Source: Balanoglossus misakiensis
Lineage: Eukaryota; Animalia; Hemichordata
Length of the DNA: 64,000 nucleotides
Direction of reading: 5' to 3'
Assembly: GCA_040954595.2 (NCBI GenBank)
Contig: CM082593.2
Location: forward strand, 10,987,477 to 11,051,476
Shown in pieces: positions 53,497-64,000 of this stretch. The notes below the pieces were generated by a model. The model saw only the letters and a list, made by a program, of their open reading frames with translations. It did no database searches and was not told the origin of the DNA. How positions within the stretch are numbered: position 1 is the stretch's first letter; the number at the start of each line of letters is the position of its first letter. The position numbers and the translations under genes were made by a program.

Positions 53497-54884
53497 AGTC
53501 CTGTTTCAAAATGACCTACATTACACGTCCTATACACATGTATTGCATGTTTTGATTGGTTTATCCGCTTCTCTTAGGTCCACTTGCGGCACGCTGATTG
53601 GAGGGACCTTGTAGGTTAGGTCTTATTATTATGTATTATTCACTAGACCTTGTAGGTTAGGTCTTATTACTATGCATTTTTCGCTTTACAGCTCCCTGAT
53701 TGGTTAACGTGTCAGTCTGGTCCCCCATGTGTTCACTGCCTCATAATACAGGACCTTGTAGGTTAGGTCATATTAATATGTATTTATTCACCATACAGCT
53801 CCCTGATTGGTTAACGTGTCAGTCTGGTCTCCCAGTGTTCACTGCCTCATTGTGAAATGTCCCATGTGCTTCCTGGCTAGCGTTGTGGTAACACATTATT
53901 CGGGATGTCCGCAGATCATTCATTAATTTTCTGAGAAATAGCCTGACTGATACTATCTCCAACATAAACCGCACCCTGGAAAGATTAAATGATTTTTAGA
54001 TGGACTTTGAAAATCTGATTAACACATCTAAGCATTTTTGCTAACAGTTGTATATTTTCTTAAATCACCCTCCTACTTCTCATCATCAATATTATTATTG
54101 TTGTTTTACTATTTTAAAGTAAATTTGTTTTGACGTAGATGTTGTGAAAAGGAGTACGTTGTCCGTTTATACATTCGTATATTGTCTTCATAAAAATGGA
54201 ACTATGACGGTGCAGCTTCGTGAAAGAAGTACAATAAAAGTAATCATACCTGTAAAGCAACTAATGAGGTATCCCAATTAAAGAAATGCAATGCTATTCT
54301 AAACAGTTCTATTGTAAGATATTTTTGGTTTGCTCGAATGAATAGCACACACTTCGTATTCAGCCAGGTGTTACACGAAGTGATGCGCTGAAAAGCATTA
54401 CGTAACAAAACACTAGCCCATTTCAACAAACCGCCACTGGAAATAAAATAAAAAAATTCTCCTGGCAATTTTTATTTCGAGTATCTAGTTCACAGTATCA
54501 CAAAAAAATGCCATGAATAGTGAAGGAAAGGTTAAATCCAATCATTATATGAGTGCCTTTCTTTATACACTGGGATCGAGCTTCGACAACGCGCAGGCAG
54601 CATGCCAGACAGAATACGACAACTGTATTCAGAAGGACAAAAGACTTTGCATAACGAGGCAGTGAAAATTGGAGACCTACACATTAACCAATCAGGGAGC
54701 TGTAAAGTGAATAATACATAGTAATAAGACCTAACCTACAAGGTCTAGTGAATAATACATAATAATAAGACCTAACACATAAGGTCCCTCCAATCACCGT
54801 GCCTCAAGTGGACCTAAGATTACCAGATGGACCAATCACAGATGTCGGTACATATGTCATGGACCTGACTTATGAAACATGACT
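53497..54884. mobile_element. Non-autonomous TIR element with long subterminal inverted repeats and a 3-bp TSD (ATT), right arm only
   Basis: ATT|AGTCCTGTTTCA...TGAAACATGACT|ATT. 53570-53715 is inverted to 54680-54820. Empty site GTCACATTCAG (reverse complement) at left-arm ~41060-41070. Confidence 0.8.
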
Positions 54885-55414
54885 ATTCAGAACTACCTAG
54901 TCTATGCCCGGCAGTGTTCTGTCCGCTTTGCTTCCAAAACTAATGTCTGGCCTCACTCATGCCACTTGCCCAATAAACTAATACCCCTTGCTGGGAATTA
55001 TGATGTAACTAGCGTCGCTTTGAAGCCTATCACATTACTGAACAGTGTTGATTTGGTGTAAGATTATAGTGAAGGCAGGGCTTATTACATTGAAAATGCT
55101 ACCCAACCTTAATTACACGTATGTATATCCTTTGTCTAATCATTGGAAAAACAATGTACATGTACCAAAGACTAAGTAGCTATTTGAAGGTGAATCGCAA
55201 GTGGGCACTTTCATTACTTAACCTCAAGCAGTCGGTTAGCTACCGTATACTAAGACAAACATTCCTGGTGTAATTAACATCACTGTCATTAGTAATATCT
55301 ATCTCCAATCAGTATCAGTTCTGCCTTTATGTTATTTTAAGTCAATTGTCAAGGTTCATGTACATATATTACAGCTTAACTGTCTTGTCAAAAACTTACG
55401 CATGTACATGTACC

Positions 55415-56625
55415 TAATTCTAGGCTTACCTGTAGGGTTAGAGATACAGTGTTTTATATTAATATGCATTAATATGAAACTAAAATTTGATGGTTAATTT
55501 AAGACCCCCCTGAGCAATGGTAACCTCGTTAAATATGTGCATATCTAATTCTAGGCTATTCAGCTGAAGTAGAAACCTGGACATGGACAACTTCGGGGTC
55601 AAAATCTTTTGACAAACATTTGTGTGATCTTGGGTAAACTTTGACCTACATTCCTATATTTTAGCATCCGGAGCAGATACAACCTTGACACTTGGAGTGA
55701 TGGAACTATTTGATTGAGTATTATGTCTTGCCTCATTAATTATGTACTTACCTAATGCCAGCCTAACCAATAGGGCTGGAAGTCTGGCTTTTTGGACATG
55801 ATAAATTTGAGATCAACATTTTTCTACAGCAGCCAGCCTTCTCTTAAAAAGAATGGACAATATAAAGGCTTTGATGGTATACTGAACTTTTGACTCCCTC
55901 CCTGAGACTGTGTGCCAATGACGGGATAGCCTACTCAGCGTTGGGTAGATCCTAAGAAGGCCTCAGCCAGGCATCAAATACAAAAAGCGGAAATCCAAGC
56001 TTTAATGGTGGGTTACATCGTTAACTTCCCTGCAGAGCTGATTTCTCAGACTGTGAGCCAATGACGGGTAAAGCCCCTAGGTAGGGGCCACCTAAGACAG
56101 GCCGGTCATGCTTTAATCACAAAGAAGGGCAAGTTTAGTCTTACCACAACTTTGTCTGCTGTATATGCTTCATAAAGATTGCAGAGTATTTTGAGAATAC
56201 ATTGTGTTAAGGCAGTGTGACCAGCTAAAAAGTACTGGCAAACACAGCCAATGTGTAATGAAAAACATCTAATTTGGCTGAATAAAAGACATAAAACACA
56301 GCAAAAGCACTGTGACTAGCTGAGACATAATACTCCATTATGCAGTTCCATCACTCCAAGTGTCAGGGATGTATCTGTGCCGGATGCCAAGATATAGGAA
56401 TGTAGGTCAAAGTTTACCCAAGATCACCCAACATTTTGTCAAAAGATTTTGACCCCAAAGTTGTCCATGTCCAGGTTTCTACCGCAACTGGATAGCCTAG
56501 AATTAGATATGTACATATTTAATGAGGTTACCATGGATCAAGGCAGTCCTAAGTAAACCATCAAATTTTTAGTTTCATGTTAATTCATGTTAATATAAAA
56601 CGCTGTATCTCTAACCCACTGGTAT
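55415..56625. repeat. Nested ~300-bp inverted repeat (Y) flanking the conserved core, right-arm copy
   Basis: 55415-55735 is the reverse complement of 56325-56625. Confidence 0.85.
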
Positions 56626-59089
56626 GCCATTCTGTGTTTCATGCTACCCAATATGGGTAAGTAGGTAAAAAGTCACCCTAGGCCATTTGAAATTTTGCTG
56701 AAAAAATCACGTCTCTTACATATGTACATTTGGTAAAAGGGAAATTTTAATCACGGAGTAGAACATATTCATAAAAAATATTTGAGGGAAAGAAGGAAGT
56801 TTTTCATAGCTTTGGTGCGTCAAATAGTAGAGAGGTTCCCTTGTTATCCTTAGACTCAAACTCAGAGTTTCCAATCTTTCAGTATTTTCATGATATTACT
56901 TTCCATCTTAGATTTGTTCATCTAAACAAACTGACTGATAGGTATACATGAACATTTTATTGACTAATGAATGTGCCTGTATGTTGCAATTTAAAGAAGT
57001 CAGATATTAAACGAGCGCCACACCTGTTTTAATCAGCCTCCATATGGAGGGTACACATCGCAGAGAGATGACAAACCCCATGCAAATTCAAGTAATATGG
57101 CTCAATGGTGCTGATTTTAAAGGATAGGTGGATGATTTGAAAAATGTTATTGTGGAAAAAGATGTGTAAAATTTGGCAGCTTGTGAGGCTTTAATTGTAA
57201 AATCTTTGAAATGTGTTTTACTCTTTAGGTCCAATTTTGTATATGTCAATATACCATTGGGACCAATGTGAAATTGTTCTAAACTCAGAAACTCAAGAAG
57301 GTACTGGTCAGATTGCTTTAGAAATTGGTGTGTATTTATGTTATTGAGACTTTATACAGATTTTATTTTTCATTTTTGAAGTATATTTTGGGGTGATTTT
57401 GGTCGTCATATACTCAGAAACCTCTACCCACATTTTTTTTAAAATTTGGTTTGCATGTTCTTAGGTGTGATTTTATGACAATTTAACAAACCCAGTGATG
57501 GAAGTGACAATATTTTTTTTTTTTTTTTGGCAATTACTGCCATTTTTGTCTGATTGCTTTGCAATTTAGTTTGCAGTTTCTAGGGAATTCTTACTGTGGT
57601 GCACAAAATTCACAAAGGTGATTTACTATCCTCATGCGCTTTGTTGAACTGGCACCCTGTTGCAAAACAGACATTACAACACTCTTTGAATTGAATTCAT
57701 AGCTACCAATTTTTCGGGGGTGTAGCACCTTTTTTATGCCTAAAACTTTGATCGAGAACTTCAAATTAAATGCAACCCTCCAAATATTTGCAATATTTCA
57801 GGTAAAATGATTTAATTTTAAAGCATAAATTTTGATGTATTCATAATCATTAAGAGAAACACATTTTGAAAATAGAATATTAATCACACTAGCAGTCATA
57901 ATACTTTTGAATCATCACTAAAGAACATATAGAAAAATTAAACAGGTGTTAATTATTTATATTTGAACGCAAAGCGTAAATTCCCTTGTGCCATGGAATT
58001 GACAATCTGCAACTGGTGGGGTCCTTCTGCCAGTAAAAAGCATCAGATAAATTCTGCATGCTCATCACCGAGGCAATTTAGGTGTACTTTTGTACTTTAA
58101 GAACTGTCGGTTTTCGCAACTGAAACTCTGTTCACAGGACAGAGGAAAAACTAGAATGACAACAGCTATGTAAGCTAACAAAAGGAACACAGAGCATAGT
58201 TCTCCATACTCACATTTTAATGCAATAATTTTTGCTGAAACTGGGGCGTCCGTGGGCAGGCAAAGGCAGTTCTAACTCGACTTGCAAATAAGGCCCATGT
58301 CTCTTGTTCGCTGAGATTGTCTGGTTCTAATAATAGCTGTAAGAACTTGATCATTGACCGAACTGTTGGTTCAATTTTGCAACATTTTATGATTTCAAGC
58401 TGTGCAATATTTGCAACTCAGTTTCAACTTTGGTTGGAGGGATGATGATGAAGCCATTTCACTGACAAAATAGCGCTACTGACTGATGTCAATGTTTGTT
58501 TACAGTCAAATGCATTGCCATCATAAAAATACATGTGAGAAATTTCTTATGTGTATGATACACACTTTTGTGCATGACTGCAAACTCTGTTACAGTTGTG
58601 AAATTCTAAGGGTTGAATTCATTGGGTAGAATTCATGTTTTTTGGATTCTTAAACAACCAGTCACGAAAGCTAAGTGGTTACCTCAGAGAAACTGTGTTA
58701 AATTTGGTCATCAATTGCTTTAAATCACACAAGACATTCCCAGAGCTAAAGTTACTGCAGCAGTCAGTTTCAACTCAGCTTGCAAATTGGGATCATGTCT
58801 TGTGTTCATCGAGACTGTCTGTAGTCGAGTTGACAGTCCTATGGGGTCAATGATGAACCTACAAATGTTCTTTCCAATGAAATTGTTATAAATCTAATAT
58901 TCAGGATTTGCATTCATACCTTAAACAATATAACTGTATTGCAAATATGGCAACTCTTCTAAGTTACATTGGAACACCTTCTCGCCACTGTTTGTGCCAA
59001 AATGGTGAATAAGCTTTCATTTTCAAGCCTTAACATAGGCACCCAAAACAAGACAACAGCATTGCAAATATGGCATTTTTTGTTCAACT

Positions 59090-59750
59090 CTTCTCATTTG
59101 CATAGTCCAAAATGGCCGCCAAACTCCTCTAACATGTAAATTTCCTATGGTCGTCTTAAATAGTGTGTAGTATCGCATTTGAAGGGTTTTCATCAATATG
59201 GGTACCTAAAACAATTTCAACGTGGTTGACATTGCAATGTTAGACAGCTGTTCTAATTTGCATGATCTAGAATGGCCGACAAACTTCTCTAACATGTAAA
59301 TTTACTATGGTTGTCTTTAATAGTGTGTAATATCGCATTTGCAGGGTTTTCATCAATATGGGTACCTTAAACAATTTCAACGTCGTTGACATGGCAATAT
59401 TAGACAGCTGTTCTAATTTGCATAATCCAAAATGGCCACCAAACTCTTCTTAAATGTAAATTTCCCTGTTTTGTCTTATATGGTGCCTAAAATCGCATTT
59501 GCAGGGTTTTCATCAATATGGGTAACTAAAACAATTTCAGCGTGGTTGACATGGCAATATTAGACAACTGTACTAATTTGCATAATCCAAAATGGCCGAC
59601 AAACTTCTCTAACATGTAAATTTCCCTGGTTTGTCTTATATGGTGTGTAATATCGCATTTTCACGGTTTTAATTAATATGAGTACCTAAAACAATTTCAA
59701 CGTGGTTGACATGGCAATATTAGACAACTGTTCTAATTTGCATAATTCGA
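59090..59750. repeat. 160-bp tandem repeat, ~4 copies (about 1.4 copies at left-arm 33525-33755)
   Basis: AATGGCC.(A/C)CAAACT at 59111, 59271, 59431 and 59591. Confidence 0.92.
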
Positions 59751-60350
59751 ACACCTGCTGGATAATTTAATTTTTGCCCTTCTTGTCCCATGATTATATG
59801 TGTAATATCTCATTTTCAATGTGTTTACATGTATATATGCAGAATCCATTTCAAACTAAGTGGGCATATTGTAGCGCCAATCTTATTTCTTAATCCGCAC
59901 CACAGAACTGATGCAAGGTTTAGGACTGGAAATGTATGTGGCCACTGGCCGACACCCCGGGCGAGAGGTCTCCAATTATTTTCAGCACGTAGTGTGCTTC
60001 CCGGTTGATAACATCAATATGTGTAAATGCCAAAAACCCGACCTATTGTAATACCAGTCAAATTTTCTTTGTCATTTACCATTTTTCTCTTGCATATGAA
60101 CGTTTTTCTTAAAGAGTACATACCCATATACATTTGTATGGGAGCACACATCCCCACCCCCTGCCAACAATAATTGGACAATTCTTCTTATACTTCTTTT
60201 TAGTCTAAACATTCATATAGAGAAGGCAACATGTTCTTGAAGCTGCTGACTATGGAAATATGATGAAGTACATTTTCCTAGTTGTACATGTACAGTATGA
60301 TAGGCCCAATGTACCAATTGGAGATGTGTGCCTTACAGGCAACATACATG

Positions 60351-63300
60351 TAGCTCTGCATGGCCTGGTTAATCAATGTTGACGCAAAGGTTGACCCTAC
60401 CAAACACTCAAAATTAATGGGCACGACACTGGCCACTAGCTCTGCATGGCCTGGTTAATCAATGTTGATGCAAAGGTTGACCCCACCAAACACTCAAAAT
60501 TGATGGGCACGACACTGGCCACTAGCTCTGCATGGCCTGGTTAATCAATGTTGACGCAAAGGTTGACCCAACCAAACACTCAAAATTGATGGGCACGACA
60601 CTGGCCACTAGCTCTGCATGGCCTGGTTAATCAATGTTGACGCAAAGGTTGACCCCACCAAACACTCAAAATTGATGGGCACGACACTGGCCACTAGCTC
60701 TGCATGGCCTGGTTAATCAATGTTGACGCAAAGGTTGACCCCACCAAACACTCAAAATTGATGGGCACGACACTGGCCACTAGCTCTGCATGGCCTGGTT
60801 AATCAATGTTGACGCAAAGGTTGACCCCACCAAACACTCAAAATTGATGGGCACGACACTGGCCACTACAATGTAGCTCTGCATGGCCTGGTTAATCAAT
60901 GTTGACGCAAAGGTTGAACCCACCAAACACTCAAAATTGATGGGCACGACACTGGCCACTAGCTCTGCATGGCCTGGTTAATCAATGTTGACGCAAAGGT
61001 TGACCCCACCAAACACTCAAAATTGATGGGCACGACACTGGCCACTAGCTCTGCATGGCCTGGTTAATCAATGTTGACGCAAAGGTTGACCCCACCAAAC
61101 ACTCAAAATTGATGGGCACGACACTGGCCACTAGCTCTGCATGGCCTGGTTAATCAAGGTTGACGCAAAGGTTGACCCCACCAAACACTCAAAATTGATG
61201 GGCACGACACTGGCCACTAGCTCTGCATGGCCTGGCTAATCAAGGTTGACGCAAAGGTTGACCCCACCAAACACTCAAAATTGATGGGCACGACACTGGC
61301 CACTAGCTCTGCATGGCCTGGCTAATCAAGGTTGACGCAAAGGTTGACCCCACCAAACACTCAAAATTGATGGGCACGACACTGGCCACTAGCTCTGCAT
61401 GGCCTGGCTAATCAAGGTTGACGCAAAGGTTGATCCCACCAAACACTCAAAATTAATGGGCGCGACACTGGCCACTAAGCTCTGGCCTGGCTAATCCAGG
61501 TTGACGCAAGGGTTGACCCCACCAAACACTCAAAATTAATGGGCGCGACACTGGCCACTAAGCTCTGGCCTGGCTAATCAATGTTGACGCAAGGGTTGAC
61601 CCCACCAAACACTCAAAATTGATGGGCACGACACTGGCCACTAGCTCTGGCCTGGCTAATCAAGGTTGACGCAAAGGTTGACCCCACCAAACACTCAAAA
61701 TTGATGGGCACGACACTGGCCACTAGCTCTGGCCTGGCTAATCAAGGTTGACGCAAGGGTTTACCCCACCAAACACTCAAAATTAATGGGCGCAACACTG
61801 GCCACTAAGCTCTGGCCTGGCTAATCAAGGTTGACGCAAGGGTTGACCCCACCAAACACTCATAATTGATGGGCACGACACTGGCCACTAGCTCTGGCCT
61901 GGCTAATCAATGTTGACGCAAGGGTTGACCCCACCAAACACTCAAAATTGATGGGCACGACACTGGCCACTAAGCTCTGGCCTGGCTAATCAAGGTTGAC
62001 GCAAGGGTTGACCCCACCAAACACTCATAATTGATGGGCACGACACTGGCCACTAGCTCTGGCCTGGCTAATCAAGGTTGACGCAAGGGTTGACCCCACC
62101 AAACACTCAAAATTGATGGGCACGACACTGGCCACTAGCTCTGGCCTGGCTAATCAATGTTGACGCAAGGGTTGACCCCACCAAACACTCAAAATTGATG
62201 GGCACGACACTGGCCACTAGCTCTGGCCTGGCTAATCCAGGTTGACGCAAGGGTTGACCCCACCAAACACTCAAAATTAATGGGCGCGACACTGGCCACT
62301 AAGCTCTGGCCTGGCTAATCAAGGTTGACGCAAGGGTTGACCCCACCAAACACTCAAAATTGATGGGCACGACACTGGCCACTAAGCTCTGGCCTGGTTA
62401 ATCAATGTTGACGCAAAGGTTGACCCCACCAAACACTCAAAATTAATGGGCGCGACACTGGCCACTAGCTCTGGCCTGGCTAATCAATGTTGACGCAAGG
62501 GTTGACCCCACCAAACACTCAAAATTGATGGGCACGTCACTGGCCACTAGCTCTGGCCTGGCTAATCAAGGTTGACGCAAAGGTTGACCCCACCAAACAC
62601 TCAAAATTGATGGGCACGACACTGGCCACTAGCTCTGGCCTGGCTAATCAAGGTTGACGCAAGGGTTTACCCCACCAAACACTCAAAATTAATGGGCGCA
62701 ACACTGGCCACTAAGCTCTGGCCTGGCTAATCAAGGTTGACGCAAAGGTTGACCCCACCAAACACTCAAAATTGATGGGCACGACACTGGCCACTAGCTC
62801 TGCATGGCCTGGCTAATCAAGGTTGACGCAAAGGTTGACCCCACCAAACACTCAAAATTGATGGGCACGACACTGGCCACTAGCTCTGCATGGCCTGGCT
62901 AATCAAGGTTGACGCAAAGGTTGACCCCACCAAACACTCAAAATTGATGGGCACGACACTGGCCACTAGCTCTGCATGGCCTGGCTAATCAAGGTTGACG
63001 CAAAGGTTGATCCCACCAAACACTCAAAATTAATGGGCGCGACACTGGCCACTAAGCTCTGGCCTGGCTAATCCAGGTTGACGCAAGGGTTGACCCCACC
63101 AAACACTCAAAATTAATGGGCGCGACACTGGCCACTAAGCTCTGGCCTGGCTAATCAATGTTGACGCAAGGGTTGACCCCACCAAACACTCAAAATTGAT
63201 GGGCACGACACTGGCCACTAGCTCTGGCCTGGCTAATCAAGGTTGACGCAAAGGTTGACCCCACCAAACACTCAAAATTGATGGGCACGACACTGGCCAC

Positions 63301-64000
63301 TAGCTCTGGCCTGGCTAATCAAGGTTGACGCAAGGGTTTACCCCACCAAACACTCAAAATTAATGGGCGCAACACTGGCCACTAAGCTCTGGCCTGGCTA
63401 ATCAAGGTTGACGCAAGGGTTGACCCCACCAAACACTCATAATTGATGGGCACGACACTGGCCACTAGCTCTGGCCTGGCTAATCAATGTTGACGCAAGG
63501 GTTGACCCCACCAAACACTCAAAATTGATGGGCACGACACTGGCCACTAAGCTCTGGCCTGGCTAATCAAGGTTGACGCAAGGGTTGACCCCACCAAACA
63601 CTCATAATTGATGGGCACGACACTGGCCACTAGCTCTGGCCTGGCTAATCAAGGTTGACGCAAGGGTTGACCCCACCAAACACTCAAAATTGATGGGCAC
63701 GACACTGGCCACTAGCTCTGGCCTGGCTAATCAATGTTGACGCAAGGGTTGACCCCACCAAACACTCAAAATTGATGGGCACGACACTGGCCACTAGCTC
63801 TGGCCTGGCTAATCCAGGTTGACGCAAGGGTTGACCCCACCAAACACTCAAAATTAATGGGCGCGACACTGGCCACTAAGCTCTGGCCTGGCTAATCAAG
63901 GTTGACGCAAGGGTTGACCCCACCAAACACTCAAAATTGATGGGCACGACACTGGCCACTAAGCTCTGGCCTGGTTAATCAATGTTGACGCAAAGGTTGA
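60351..64000. repeat. Satellite array, 86-bp monomer with 83/84-bp variants and a 1577-bp higher-order repeat; runs off the right edge
   Basis: TAGCTCTG(CAT)GGCCTGG(T/C)TAATCAA(T/G)GTTGACGCAA(A/G)GGTTGACCCCACCAAACACTCAAAATTGATGGGCACGACACTGGCCAC. The rare variant TGATCCC recurs at 61431 and 63008; identical ORFs at 62107 and 63684. Confidence 0.98.

Larger units (their letters stand above)
51012..58684. repeat. Nested ~850-bp inverted repeat (X: 51012-51910; X': 57830-58684). Left-arm equivalents at ~42250-43097 and ~34080-35450; a further fragment at 31752-31893
   Basis: For example, 51660-51738 is nearly the exact reverse complement of 57953-58031. Confidence 0.9.
50305..60344 (+). repeat. 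Right arm of the large inverted duplication, cut off by the satellite
   Basis: Reverse complement of 32847-44017 with arm-specific indels. Confidence 0.95.

Noticed and set aside
60351-64000. CRISPR-like array or ORFs 62107 and 63684
   Set aside because: No unique spacers and no cas genes; the whole unit repeats in tandem in a eukaryotic context.

Overview
Eukaryotic, AT-rich, repeat-dominated DNA, probably from a marine invertebrate (inference). I found no intact host gene and no prokaryotic-type system. Layout: (1) 1-17.9 kb, a ~78-bp satellite with 2.3-3.0 kb higher-order repeats, followed by ~3.4 copies of a 309-bp unit. (2) 20.4-25.2 kb, scrambled and partly inverted fragments of a spliced tandem-OB-fold (RPA-like) gene. 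(3) 25.2-26.6 kb, a decayed GC-rich ORF. (4) 26604-31491, a full-length, young but disabled Mag-like Ty3/Gypsy LTR retrotransposon. (5) 32847-60344, a ~27.5-kb palindrome with ~11-kb and ~10-kb arms and a 6.3-kb spacer. Each arm looks like a head-to-head gene copy: promoter-like first exon at the inner end, decayed integrase-H2C2-like exon at the outer end, and nested inverted repeats, arm-specific MITEs, TACATGTA footprints and a strongly conserved core with a twin structured motif in between. (6) 60.35-64 kb, an 83-86-bp satellite with a 1577-bp higher-order repeat. All alignments and similarity judgements were made by eye.
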